DNA of 64,000 bases from Mobula hypostoma (taxonomy: Eukaryota), in contig NC_086110.1 in NCBI RefSeq assembly GCF_963921235.1, positions 496,001 to 560,000 on the forward strand, in the 5' to 3' direction. This document shows, one piece after another, positions 38,275 to 53,200 of the stretch (its first letter is position 1; each line of letters starts with the position of its first letter). Under the pieces are notes generated by a model. It was not told where the DNA came from. It was given only the letters and a program-made list of their open reading frames with translations, and did no database searches. The position numbers and the translations under genes are program-made.

Positions 38275-41200
38275 GTTATTAACTAATTAATTAATTGAAG
38301 TGCATAGAATGACGAATCGTAGACGTGTCGTACAAAGACATTGTCCCAGCTGAATTTGATTTGGCTGATTTCGGTTTATACTCGCCCGAGCCTTCCCATC
38401 AAGTTTCGGTACAATATACTACTGTGGCACCAGCCTCTATGTGGGACAAAAACGAACCCATAACGTTTCTAAATTTCCGCCGTTACAAAGTGCCTTTTCT
38501 TTCTGGACTCACCTGCCACAGGATAGAAAACGAGAATTCTGACCATCCGGCCTATCTCAGCCTCACATAAATCTATAAGACCAAGATTCTTTTTCCATCC
38601 AGACTTCTGATATCATCTCACAAGTACAGCGCTTCTTTCACTGTGTGCATTTCTTCTGGACCAGATTCATTGCTGCCACTTATTTTCCTGAAGTGTATGA
38701 TTTGATCACACTCTTGTTTTTTTTTTCCTGGAACATGCTGGGACTTGAAAGACTGAATGATTGACAATGCAATGATGATCGATCAATTTTATGACATGGA
38801 TCATTCTTTTTGAATGAGCCTTCCGTTTCGCCCAATGTTTTAGTTTCAGAATGGGAAACGACGGTACGATCACTCATAAAGAGTGAGGATTGTAGGCGCA
38901 AATTTATTTGAGTCTTTGCACCTCAAGCTCACATTCTGCGTGAACCATTGTAAATGGAGTTGAACAATAATAATCCATGATGGGAGTACTAATTCAAAGA
39001 GCTTTGGACCTTTCACATAGTCTGAAAAATATCTGTGGCTGTATTTTTGGTTCGGTAAATTGTTTTCGAATTTCAGAAAGTTTTTCTTTCTCACTTTGAT
39101 AAACTTGATTCTAAAGAGCAGGGTCCCTCTTGGTTCAGATTTACATTGTTTAATGCAATTGTTCTTACTCAACCGTGTTCTTCATCTCATTTTACTTTTG
39201 AATAATCCTTGTCCCCGGGTTACCTACTCAAATTAACAACCAAATACCTACTCAAATGAAAACAGGTTGAGTGAAATCAACCTTTTCTCCTTGGAGCGAC
39301 GGAGGATGAGAGGTGACCTGATAGAGGTGTATAAGATGATGAGAGGCATCGATCATGTGGATAGTCAGAGGCTTTTTCCCAGGGCTGAAATGGTTGCCAC
39401 AAGAGGGCACAGGTTTAGGGAGTAGGTACAGAGGAGATGTCAGGGGTACGGTTTTTACACGGAGAGTGGTGAGTGCGTGGAATGGGCTGCCGGCAACGGT
39501 GGAGGAGGCGGATATGTCAGGGATGTACAAGTTGGCGTGACCCATAAAAACAAAGCATTCAACAATCAATTAAAAAAAAACGCAGTTTGGTTTTTGAGGG
39601 ATTGAATCTCACAGAGAAAACAAGTTAAATATTTAAATAAAAAGTTCGAAACTTGTTGCAGAAGACTGAAAGACAATTGTCATTCCATTAAGATATTTTG
39701 ATGCTGCAATGTAATTTGCTTCAAATTTGTTAAAAGCTTTGTGTTGCTAAAACTAAACCATTTTATTTCTAGATCCTCCAACCCCGCTGCGTCTGAAGGT
39801 TATGCTGCCTAAGAACGAGTCAGTCACCCTCGCTCTTATTTGTAACACCGCTGCGTTTTTCCCGCAAGGTCTGAACATAACTTGGTACAAGAATGGGTCG
39901 GATATTATACCTGAGGTTGAGCCAATCAAAACAAAGACAACTGCAGGATTGTACGAGGCTTCAAGCTGCCTGACTGAGACTGAGCCTGTGAATGACGGGA
40001 CAATTTATACCTGCCAGGTTTCTCACATCGCTCTTCCAAACCCTGCCAACATCAGCTACATTTTCTATAACCCAGGTAAGATCAGCTATGCAGCTCCGTG
40101 TATTTTAGTCTCCAAGCGGTTCACACTAAACAACCTTCAACATTTTCAGAATTTAAAAAGAATCGAAACAGTCCATCACCAAGAATGATAATAACTGAAA
40201 GGTAAAACATTTCATAGCATATGTATTATAGCTGTCATCCATAATTTATGAAAATACATTATGGTTATATAACACCACATAAAGTCAGATACATAGAAAC
40301 GTAGAAAATAGGTGCAGGAGTAGGGCATTCGGCCCTTCGAGCCTGCACCGCAATTTATTATGATCATGGCTGATCATCCAACTCAGAACCCCGTCCCAGC
40401 CTTCCCTCCATACCCCCTGAGCCCTGTAGCCACAAGGGCCATATCTAACTCCCTCTTAAACATAGCCAATGAACTGGCCTCAACAGTTTCCTGTGGCAGA
40501 GAATTCCACAGATTCACCACTCTCTGTATGAAGAGGTTTTTCCTAATCTCGGTCCTAAAAGGCTTCCCCTCTATCCTCAAACTGTGACCCCTCGTTCTGG
40601 ACTTCCCCAACATCGGGAACAATCTTCCTGCATCTAGCCTGTCCAATCCCTTTAGGATCTTATACGTTTCAATCAGATCCCCCCTCAATCTTCTAAATTC
40701 CAACGAGTACAAGCCCAGTTCATCCAGTCTTTCTTCATATGAAAGTCCTGCCATCCCAGGAATCAATCTGGTGAACTTTCTTTGTACTCTCTCTGTGGCA
40801 AAGATGTCTTTCCTCAGGTTAGGGGACCAAAACTGCACACAATACTCCAGGTGTGGTCTCACCAAGGCCTTGTACAACTGCAGTAGTACCTCCCTGCTCC
40901 TGTACTCAAATCCTCTCGCTATAAATGCCAGCATACCATTCGCCTTTTTCACCGCCTGCTGTACCTGCATGCCCACTTTCAATGACTGGTGTATAATGAC
41001 ACCCAGGTCTCGTTGCACCTCCCCTTTTCCTAATCGGCCACCATTCAGATAATAATCTGTTTTCCTATTTTTGCCACCAACGTGGATAACTTCACATTTA
41101 TCCACATTAAATTGCATCTGCCATGAGTTTGCCCACTCACCCAACCTATCCAAGTCACCCTGCATCCTCTTAGCATCCTCCTCACTGCTAACACTGCCAC

Positions 41201-44200
41201 CCAGCTTCGTGTCATCCGCAAACTTGGAGATGCTGCATTTAATTCCCTCATCCAAGTCATTAATATATATTGTAAACAACTGGGGTCCCAGCACTGAGCC
41301 TTGCGGTACCCCACTAGTCACCGCCTGCCATTCTGAAAAGGTCCCGTTTATTCCCACTCTTTGCTTCCTGTCTGCTAACCAATTCTCCACCCACACCAAT
41401 ACCTTACCCCCAATAGCGTGTGCTTTAAGTTTGCACACTGATCTCCTGTGTGGGACCTTGTCAAAAGCCTTTTGAAAATCCAAATATACCACATCCACTG
41501 GTTCTCCCCTATCCGCTCTACTAGTTACATCCTCAAAAAATTCTATGAGGTTTGTCAGACATGATTTTCCTTTCACAAATCCATGCTGACTTTGTCCGAT
41601 CATTTCACCGCTTTCCAAATGTGCTGTTATCACATTCTTAATAACTGACTCCAGCAGTTTCCCCACCACCGACGTTAGGCTAACCGGTCTATAATTCCCC
41701 GGTTTCTCTCTCCCTCCTTTTTTAAGAAGTGGGGTTACATTAGCCACCCTCCAATCCTCAGGAACTAGTCCAGAATCTAACGAGTTTTGAAAAATTATCA
41801 CTAATGCATCCACTATTTCTTGGGCTACTTCCTTAAGTACTCTGGGATGCAGACCATCTGGCCCTGGGGATTCATCTGCCTTCAATCCCTTCAATTTACC
41901 TAACACCACTTCCCTACTAACATGTATTTCACTCAGTTCCTCCATCTCACTGGACCTTCTGTCCCTTACTATTTCTGGAAGATTATTTATGTCCTCCTTA
42001 CTGAAGACAGAACCAAAGTAATTATTCAATTGGTCTGCCATGTCCTTGCTCCCCATAATCAATTCACCTGTTTCTGTCTGCAGGGGACCTACCTACCGAA
42101 GACATAAGGAATGGGACCTCGATGTTTCTTTGAATCCAAGTGCCTTTTCTGTCTTTCTACATAACTACATCTTATATGTCACCTTCCCGCCAACCTTTCT
42201 GCGCTAACATAATGCTGCATGATTCCATCCAAATCTGTAAAACTGACCGATGTCAAAGTCAAAGTACAGGTTATTCTGTTATTCACACGTGCATGGGCGC
42301 AGAGGTGCAATGACAATTTAACTTGCAGCAGCATCGTGGGCTCATGGCACCAGATACACAACAATACAAAAAAAAAAATCAACCTATCTTACAAAATTAA
42401 TCAAAAAGAAACACAATTGTATTTAAAAATAATCCATCTGAGTGTGAAGTCGTCATGTGCTTAACTACAGTAATTGCAGTTCTGTGGTTTGGTCCAAAAA
42501 GCCAAATGGTTGAAGGGAAATAGCATTTCTTGCACCAAATGGCGAAGAATTTCTGCCTTCTTTTTCAGTTGACGACTGGTATCTGTGCAAGGATGGCGTG
42601 ACCCGAATGTCGGGGTACCCGATTATGGATATTATCTTCCTGAGGAAACGTCTCCTGTAGATACCTGGAGATTGCAGGGATTAGTCCGTAATGTACTTGG
42701 CATAGTCCACCATTCTACAGCTTCTTACATTGCCACACCAGACCATGGCAAAACAAGTTAGAAAACCTTCAAATGTACATCCGTATATGTTTCCCAACGA
42801 ACCGCGGATGCATGTTTCCCCAGATGATGCTGTCTACAGGATGGCTTCCCTCTCATGATTAACATTAGACAGGGGATAAACATATCTTTACCTCACCCCT
42901 CCCCCGCCTTCCAAAAGGATCCCATACTCCGTGAATCCCTTGTCTATACGTCCCTCCTGACTATTTTCCCTCTAGACACTTATTCGTGCCAGCGACCTAA
43001 GGGCTACACTTCTCAATTCACCTCCGTCCTCAATTCCATTAGGGCCCCAAACTACCCTTGCAGATGAGTAAACACCACCTGCCAATCTGCTGGGGATCTC
43101 GAGTGTATCTAGCGCTCCCGATGCGGCCTTCTCTGTATTGTTGAAGCTCGTCATTACTGGGCCTCTGCTTCTTTGACCACTTATGCTCCATTCACCAAAA
43201 GCGGGAATTCCAAATTCCATTCCCGTTTCAACATGTCGGTGCATTGTCTGCTCTAGTTCCAAGATGATGCAACATTTGGAGTGGAGGAGCAATGCCTTAT
43301 ATTCTGTTTGAGTAGACTCCAACCTGATGGCATGATTATCTATGTCTCCTTCGGGTAAAAATATTTTCCCTCCCGGTCCCCTGTTCTACCATCCCAATAC
43401 CACCCAACTTTTTATCCTACGGCCAACTCTCCCCTCCTATCAGATCCTTTCTTCTTCAGCCCTTTACCTTTTCAACCAACCTGGCTTCACCTGTCACCTT
43501 CTAGATATCCTCCTTCGCCCTCCCCCCACGTTTTTATTCTGGAGTCTTTCCTCTTTATTACCAGTACTGAAAATACTGGCGTCTTGGACCGAAACGTCGA
43601 CCGTTCCTTCATTTCCATAGAGGCTTGGTGCCCTGTTGAGTTCCTTCAGCGTTATGTGGGTGTTGCTCTGGATTTCCAGCAGCTGCAGACTTCCTGGTGG
43701 TCAGGAGGCACAGAAGCCTGAGGTCCAGCACGGCCGAGTTTCGGAAAAGCCGTTTCTTTTCCGGCATTCCGTTCATGAACTAGCCTTGAAAACTCTGATT
43801 GGTACAGTATAGGCACACTCTGAACACTTTGATCTTCTGCATCAAACAGAACGCGTTTGGTCTTCTCTTCTGTATTGTAAAAACTGTGTATAATTTATAT
43901 TATGTTCTTCTTTTCTTGTGAATGCTGAATACACAGTCACATGCCGTCCGATGCTGCTGGGAGTATACAGTGCTTCTTCTGCACCTGTAGATACATGTTC
44001 CTTTGCAAAGGACAATAATTTCGACGGATTTTGGACCTTCGGTGAGAAGGCAAGTCACTTAACCTCCTAAGAAGTTAAAGCTGCCCTTGCTCCTTCCTTG
44101 TGATTGCATCTAAATAGTCGGCCTTGAACTCATATGGCAGCGCCTAGGAATTGTCATCAAGATGGCAACATTCGTCCCTTGATTTTGAAAATTTGATAGC

Positions 44201-47200
44201 TGGTTCTAAACCGCAACTCTTCCCGAAAGAAATCTAATACGCTGGGGTCATGTTATCAATCCTGCGATGTAGTTTTGTTTTGACGTCGATGGCGTTGCTC
44301 CTCATTGGGATGCAAAGGTGTCGTGAACCACGGGAAGCAGATTTCTGAAATAAGAATGATACCGAGAAGATGGGTTTCCTTGTGTAAGTGAGATAGCTCA
44401 GAAACCTTCACTGGTAGTTATCTGAAAGCAGGACGTCGTTTTGGTGGTGATACATGCTTTCTGCAGCGCAGAAATCCATAGTATGAGTGAGCAGCCATCA
44501 GTATGCACATCTAGGTATTGTACTACCTAATCAGCTGTCTATATACATCGCAACGTTGAGGCCTTTCTGATGTCCCCGTTGGACTGGAGTAGGTTTGTGC
44601 GCACAACTTCACCAAAGATACGTGTGAATATTGCCCCAAAACATTGCATAGTTAATGTAAGTTAACAATACCTCTGACAAATTCGGAATTGATTCATTGA
44701 TTTGAATTAGTAACATAAATCAGCGAATGAGCCTGCAGTCTGCGGGAATGACCGTGAAGCTCTTGCAGTGTACAACAACCCCACCTCTAACCCCGTAATA
44801 CTGTCATGGTCCGGTCCGTGAAGTCCGTATTCCGGTTCATGGTCCAGTCCATAACTCCTTATTCCACTGTTTCTGGTTTACCCCAATTTCTGCTGTAGGC
44901 ACATGATTCTCTCTTTTTTTTTTGCCTGAGATGTAAATACCTCCGCAAACCAGGGATTCCCTGCTGGACTGTTCTGTTCCCTTCCTTGTCTTTCCCCCCT
45001 CGCCTGACTCTCTGCCTGGATACCGTTTGCTGCTACCTAGTGTTGGGAAATGTTTCTGTGTCCACGCCTTCGCTTGGTGAGTCCGGCCGTTTGCCGCCAC
45101 CTTGAGCTGTATCTGTCTCCTCATGTTCAGCGTTCTGTGTATGAGTCCCGGCCCTACGTCCTGTTCCCAAGGAGGGGTCACGGCTCTGTGTTCCGTGCTT
45201 CCGTCTCTTCTCGTCCAAGGCTCCGTGCTCCCGTCTCTTCTAATCCAAGGCTCCGTGCTCCCGCCTTTTCTAGTCCAAGGCTCCGTGCTCCCGTCTCTTC
45301 TAGTCCAAGGCTCCGTGCTCCCGCCTTTTCTAGTCCAAGGCTCCGTGCTCCCGTCTCTTCTAGTCCAAGGCTCCGTGCTCCCGTCTCTTCTAGTCGAAGG
45401 CTCCGTGCCCCCGTCTCTTCTAGTCCAAGGCTCCGTGCTCCCGTCTCTTCTAGTCCAAGGCTCCGTGCTCCCGTCTCTTCTAGTACAAGGCATCGTGCTC
45501 CTGAAGGCCCTCATCCAGTCCATGCCTAGTCCCGTCCTATCAGAATCCTGTCCATGTGACTTTACCTGTCCTTGTGGCTCTCCCTACACAGGTGTTCCTC
45601 ACCCAAGCCACGTTCAGTCCTGTAGCCTCGTCTTGTCCTCGTCTAGTTCTGGAGTCCGAGCCTGAGTCAAGTCCCAGGTTCTGGGTCCTTGCCCAGTCTC
45701 TGGCTCGGAGTCCATACCCAAGCTTCGAAGTACCCTAGACTCAAGACCCAAGGCCTGTCTCGAAGCCTCAAGCCTCAAGACCCTAAGCCTGTCTCCAACC
45801 CTCAAGCCTCAAGACCACAAGCCTGTCTCCAAGACTCAAGCCTCAAGACCCCAAGCCTGTCTCCAATCCGCAAGCCTCACGAACCCAAGCCTGTCTCCAA
45901 GCCTCAAGCCGCAAGACCCCAAGCCTGTCTCCAAGCTTCAAGCCTCAAGACCCCAAGCCTATCTCCAATCCTCAAGCCTCAAGACCCCAAGCCTGTCTCC
46001 AAGCCGCAAGCCTCAAGACCCCAGCCTCCCGTCTGGTAGCCATGTCATGACCTTGCTTAGTACTGGGGACCGAGCCCGAGGCAAGACCGAGTTTCTGGGT
46101 CCTTGTCCAGTCCAAGCACAGGCTACAAGTCCATGGTTCCTAGTCCTGCTCCCGCTTTCCCATGCCCAGACTCCTAGTTTATAGTTATTTACCCTTGTCT
46201 GTATCCTGCCACGTCCCAGCTCTAGTCAAATCATTTTCCTTGTACTTCAGTGTCCGTGTCTTCCATTTGGGTCCGCCATCAAGGCCCCCCGCCCCCCTGC
46301 ATTGTGATGGTTCATTATCCATCTTTCCATCTTCTCTACGGACTACTTCGAAGATGTTCCGTTATGATATCAATGCCTAAATAAACAAAGGTAACCGATA
46401 TTAATTAGTGGGGAAAAAAAAACTTACTACCATTAGATCAGCAGTTACGAATTCCAAATTAAAAAAAAATCAGCGAAGCCCTGAATAATAAAAGGTAAAG
46501 CGAAGAAATGGGAGTTCCGAACAATATATAAACTCAGTTGTAACTGATAACACGTTGTTACACTTCCAAGAGTGTTACACAGTGTTAAAATCAAGATCGA
46601 ACACAGCTAGATTAAGTATGAGCTACATTCAGATCGTAATGCTCGGACACACCTAAAAAACAAGGAAATTTATGTTGGACTGTTGTTTCCGGATTTCACT
46701 TCGGCTTTCAACACTGCTGCCCCGCAGGCTTGGTGAACACTATCCTACCTCTCAGTCTAAATAAACAACTGCGCAATTATGTGTTGAACTTCATACACTA
46801 CAGACCTCAGGTAGTCAAGTTGCACAACTGTTTCTCCCTCCTCATCATCCTCAACAACTGTGCCCCCCCCCCCACCTTCCCCAGGGCATTGTCAGGTTCT
46901 TCGATATAACGACAGTGTGGGGCTCATAACCAACAACGATGCAACGGCATACAGAAATGAAGTGGAAGAGCTCGAGGCCTGCTGCCAGGCAAATAACTTC
47001 TTCCTCTATGTCACTTAGCAAGGAAGATGGTTGTCGACTTCTGGAGAACTCGCACCCTCTGCATCGGCGGCTCAGTACTGGTAACTACGAGCAGTTTGAA
47101 ACTCCTGCGAGTGCACATCTCAAACACATCTCATGACCCCAGAACACATCCTACACAATTACAAATGTTCGCCAGTGCGATAGGGAGCTGCAGCATGGGA

Positions 47201-50200
47201 AAGTAGCTTTGTATGTTTATTCGCCCGAACAGTCATAATCCAATATTAGATAAAGTAATGCGACAAGCATGAAATATTTGCTGTATTACAATTTAAATCA
47301 CGTGTACAATATAAAGCTCACCACTAAATTAATTATTAACATTACAGATTCTGGGGAGTACAATTCGTTTGATCAACGGATTTATGGCTACCTGGGAACA
47401 GGAATAATATTGTTCCTGACTGTCATTTTCATTGTGATAGGCAGAGGTAAGATTCTGGACATTTTTTTCATCTTGGGTTAATCATATATTTAACCATTTG
47501 AATTAAACAATACTATGCATTTGGCTACTTGTTCGGATACTATATATCTGTTCGAATAATCGAAAATTAGACGACCTGTGACACATCATACCCATCTCCT
47601 TGAGTGCAGCGTCTCCCGAAAGTTAACCTCTGCATTAGTGTCCGACTGGTTGGTGAACGGTCTGTGCTGGGAATTGTTGGTCCAGATTCGGAAATAAGGA
47701 AGGGTAACTGTTTATAACGGAAAATATAGTGGTTAAGAATTGATCCGAATATTTACAAACTGAGGAAAACTCTTAATACTTACATTTTAAATAATCAATC
47801 GTGATGCTAGTTGTACAGTATAGGAGTAAATAAAGACAAAGTGAAAAAGTGAGGAAATTATAATATTTTCATGACTTTGAATATGGGCTAGCGGGTTTCC
47901 AGCAACAACGCTTCACTGCCACGGACGAAAATGAATTAAGTCTTATCCTTCTTAATCACATCCACTCTAGGAATGCGCAGGATGTCGAATGGGCGCGACA
48001 ACACCAGGGTAAGGATCTTCTAATGCAGTATATATATTCAAAGTATGCTGGGCAATTTCACCTAAATATTGCATTCGCTTGACCTTCCAAATACCATTAT
48101 ATACATTTCTGTTCGCTGTATGATCAAATTCAACGACAATATTAGGACAACTGATATTAGGTATTATTATCATCACATGCAAGCACAGTGCAGAGAGCTC
48201 CTGAATATTAGTTGACATGAGAAGCGGAATCACGGATATTGACGTAAGATAGAAGCAGATTGGCTTGTTTGCTGGTACAATATAATCTAAATTCAATTCC
48301 CTTTTCAATGCACTCCCAATATACCCCAATCCATTAGGCTGTTATTTAACCTCCGCGCCATTCTCTCGGTCTACAACAATATCTGCACAATTTTGAACAT
48401 ATTTACTAAACTGGATTCCAAGGACTGTAGATCTAATGCTATTTACACTTCGGACAGCTGTGTACACTGCCCATCATTTCAGGGTAACCAAGCTCCATTC
48501 CATAGACTCTGTCTATACTTCCCACCGTACGCAACAACAGTCAAATGTACATTTGTCTTTTGTACTGCTACCCCGCCCGTCAACAAATGGAGGATACAAA
48601 CACCTGGAAGCATGGATCACCAGATTCAAGCACAGCTCTTATCCCGCGCTTCAAAGATAATTTGAAGCTCCCTTAAAATGATAAAGTGGGCTCTTGACCA
48701 CACAGCCTACCTCGTTATGGCATCTTGCTGTTTCCCCGCACTTTACTCTGCATCTTGTTGTTTGCCCGCACTTTACTCTGCATCTTGTTGATTTCCCGCA
48801 CTTTACTCTGCATCTTGTTGTTTCCCCGCACTTTACTCTGCATCTTGTTGTTTTCCCGCACTTTACTCTGCATCTTGTTGTTTTCCCGCACTTTACTCTG
48901 CATCTTGTTGTTTTCCCGCACTTTACTCTGCATCTTGTTGTTTTCCCGCACTTTACTCTGCATCTTGTTGTTTCCCCGCACTTTACTCTGCATCTTGTTA
49001 TTTCCCCGCACTTTACTCTGCATCTTGTTGTTTCCCCGCACTTTACTCTGCATCTTGTTGTTTTCCCGCACTTTACTCTGCATCTTGTTGTTTTCCCGCA
49101 CTTTACTCTGCATCTTGTTGTTTCCCCGCACTTTACTCTGCATCTTGTTGTTTCCAGCACTTTACTCTGCATCTTGTTGTTTCCCCGCACTTTACTCTGC
49201 ATCTTGTTGTTTTCCCGCACTTTACTCTGCATCTTGTTGTTTCCCCGCACTTTACTCTGCATCTTGTTGTTTCCCCGCACTTTACTCTGCATCTTGTTGT
49301 TTTCCCGCACTTTACTCTGCATCTTGTTGTTTCCCCGCACTTTACTCTGCATCTTGTTGTTTTCCCGCACTTTACTCTGCATCTTGTTGTTTCCCCGCAC
49401 TTTACTCTGCATCTTGTTGTTTTCCCGCACTTTACTCTGCATCTTGTTATTTCCCCGCACTTTACTCTGCATCTTGTTGTTTGCCCACACTTTACTCTGC
49501 ATCTTGTTATTTCCCCGCACTTTACTCTGCATCTTGTTATTTCCCACACTTTACTCTGCATCTTGTTGTTTTCCCGCACTTTACTCTGCATCTTGTTGTT
49601 TTCCCGCACTTTACTCTGCATCTTGTTGTTTTCCCGCACTTTACTCTGCATCTTGTTGTTTTCCCGCACTTTACTCTGCATCTTGTTGTTTCCCCGCACT
49701 TTACTCTGCATCTTGTTGTTTTCCCGCACTTTACTCTGCATCTTGTTGTTTCCCCGCACTTTACTCTGCATCTTGTTGTTTTCCCGCACTTTACTCTGCA
49801 TCTTGTTGTTTTCCCGCACTTTACTCTGCATCTTGTTGTTTTCCCGCACTTTACTCTGCATCTTGTTGTTTTCCCGCACTTTACTCTGCATCTTGTTGTT
49901 TCCCCGCACTTTACTCGGCATCTTGTTGTTTCCCCGCACTTTACACTGCATCTTGTTGTTTCCCCGCACTTTACACTGCATCTTGTTGTTTCCCCGCACT
50001 TTACTCTGCATCTTGTTGTTTCCCGCACTTTACTCTGCATCTTGTTGTTTCCCCGCACTTTACTCTGCATCTTGTTGTTTCCCGCACTTTACTCTGCATC
50101 TTGTTGATTTCCCGCACTTTACTCTGCATCTTGTTGTTTCCCCGCACTTTACTCTGCATCTTGTTGATTTCCCGCACTTTACTCTGCATCTTGTTGTTTC

Positions 50201-53200
50201 CCCGCACTTTACTCTGCATCTTGTTGTTTCCCCGCACTTTACTCTGCATCTTGTTGTTTCCCCGCACTTTACTCTGCATCTTGTTGTTTCCCCGCACTTT
50301 ACTCTGCATCTTGTTGTTTTCCCGCACTTTACTCTGCATCTTGTTGTTTCCCCGCACTTTACTCTGCATCTTGTTGTTTTCCCGCACTTTACTCTGCATC
50401 TTGTTGTTTTCCCGCACTTTACTCTGCATCTTGTTGTTTTCCCGCACTTTACTCTGCATCTTGTTGTTTTCCCGCACTTTACTCTGCATTTTGTTGTTTG
50501 TCCGCACTTTACTCTGCATCTTGTTGTTTCCCCGCACTTTACTCTGCATCTTGTTGTTTCCCCGCACTTTACTCTGCATCTTGTTGTTTTCCCGCACTTT
50601 ACTCTGCATCTTGTTGTTTTCCCGCACTTTACTCTGCATCTTGTTGTTTCCCGCACTTTACTCTGCATCTTGTTGTTTTCCCGCACTTTACTCTGCATCT
50701 TGTTGTTTTCCCGCACTTTACTCTGCATCTTGTTGTTTTCCCGCACTTTACTCTGCATCTTGTTGTTTGCCCACACTTTACTCTGCATCTTGTTGTTTTC
50801 CCGCACTTTACTCTGCATCCTGTTATTTCCCCGCACTTTACTCTGCATCTTGTTGTTTTCCCGCACTTTACTCTGCATCTTGTTGTTTCCCCGCACTTTA
50901 CTCTGCATCTTGTTATTTCCCCGCACTTTACTCTGCATCTTGTTGTTTTCCCGCACTTTACTCTGCATCTTGTTGTTTCCCCGCACTTTACTCTGCATCT
51001 TGTTGATTTCCCGCACTTTACTCTGCATTGTGTTGTTTCCCCGCACTTTACTCTGCATCTTGTTGTTTCCCCGCACTTTACTCTGCATCTTGTTGTTTTC
51101 CCGCACTTTACTCTGCATCTTGTTGTTTTCCCGCACTTTACTCTGCATCTTGTTATTTCCCCACACTTTACTCTGCATCTTGTTATTTCCCCGCACTTTA
51201 CTCTGCATCTTGTTGTTTTCCCGCACTTTACTCTGCATCTTGTTGTTTTCCCGCACTTTACTCTGCATCTTGTTGTTTCCCGCACTTTACTCTGCATCTT
51301 GTTGTTTTCCCGCACTTTACTCTGCATCTTGTTGTTTTCCCGCACTTTACTCTGCATCTTGTTGTTTTCCCACACTTTACTCTGCATCTTGTTGTTTGCC
51401 CACACTTTACTCTGCATCTTGTTGTTTTCCCGCACTTTACTCTGCATCTTGTTATTTCCCCGCACTTTACTCTGCATCTTGTTGTTTTCCCGCACTTTAC
51501 TCTGCATCTTGTTGTTTCCCCGCACTTTACTCTGCATCTTGTTGATTTCCCGCACTTTACTCTGCATCTTGTTGTTTTCCCGCACTTTACTCTGCATCTT
51601 GTTGTTTGCCCGCACTTTACTCTGCATCTTGTTGTTTCCCCGCACTTTACTCTGCATCTTGTTGTTTTCCCGCACTTTACTCTGCATCTTGTTGTTTCCC
51701 CGCACTTTACTCTGCATCTTGTTGTTTCCCGCACTTTACTCTGCATCTTGTTGTTTTCCCGCACTTTACTCTGCATCTTGTTGTTTTCCCGCACTTTACT
51801 CTGCATCTTGTTGTTTTCCCGCACTTTACTCTGCATCTTGTTGTTTTCCCACACTTTACTCTGCATCTTGTTGTTTTCCCGCACTTTACTCTGCATCTTG
51901 TTGTTTGCCCGCACTTTACTCTGCATCTTGTTGTTTGCCCGCACTTTACTCTGCATCTTGTTGTTTTCCCACACTTTACTCTGCATCTTGTTGTTTCCCC
52001 GCACTTTACTCTGCATCTTGTTGTTTCCCCGCACTTTACTCTGCATCTTGTTGTTTTCCCGCACTTTACTCTGCATCTTGTTGTTTCCCCGCACTTTACT
52101 CTGCATCTTGTTGTTTCCCCGCACTTTACTCTGCATCTTGTTGTTTTCCCGCACTTTACTCTGCATCTTGTTGTTTTCCCACACTTTACTCTGCATCTTG
52201 TTGTTTTCCCACACTTTACTCTGCATCTTGTTGTTTTCCCGCACTTTACTCTGCATCTTGTTGTTTTCCCGCTCTTTACTCTGCATCTTGTTGTTTGCCC
52301 GCACTTTACTCTGCATCTTGTTGTTTCCCCGCACTTTACTCTGCATCTTGTTGTTTCCCCGCACTTTACTCTGCATCTTGTTGTTTTCCCGCACTTTACT
52401 CTGCATCTTGTTGTTTCCCCGCACTTTACTCTGCATCTTGTTGTTTCCCCGCACTTTACTCTACATCTTGTTGTTTTCCCGCACTTTACTCTGCATCTTG
52501 TTGTTTCCCCGCACTTTACTCTGCATCTTGTTGTTTCCCCGCACTTTACTCTGCATCTTGTTGATTTCCCGCACTTTACTCTGCATCTTGTTGTTTTCCC
52601 GCACTTTACTCTGCATCTTGTTGTTTTCCCGCACTTTACTCTGCATCTTGTTGTTTTCCCGCACTTTACTCTGCATCTTGTTGTTTCCCCGCACTTTACT
52701 CTGCATCTTGTTGTTTTCCCGCACTTTACTCTGCATCTTGTTGTTTTCCCGCACTTTACTCTGCATCTTGTTGTTTGCCCGCACTTTACTCTGCATCTTG
52801 TTGTTTCCCCGCACTTTACTCTGCATCTTGTTGTTTCCCCGCACTTTACTCTGCATCTTGTTGTTTTCCCGCACTTTACTCTGCATCTTGTTGTTTTCCC
52901 GCACTTTACTCTGCATCTTGTTGTTTCCCCGCACTTTACTCTGCATCTTGTTGTTTCCCCGCACTTTACTCTGCATCTTGTTGTTTGCCCGCACTTTACT
53001 CTGCATCTTGTTGTTTTCCCGCACTTTACTCTGCATCTTGTTTCTGCCTCTTGTTGTTTCCCCGCACTTTACTCTGCATCTTGTTGTTTCCCCGCACTTT
53101 ACTCTGCATCTTGTTGTTTCCCCGCACTTTACTCTGCATCTTGTTGTTTCCCCGCACTTTACACTGCATCTTGTTGTTTCCCCGCACTTTACTCTGCATC

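Noticed and set aside
40076-40188. C1 read-through giving a secreted form with a 37-aa tail (and similar V read-through to 37893)
   Set aside because: A strong donor at 40075/40076 is present and I see no AATAAA downstream; open intron frames of this length are expected by chance.
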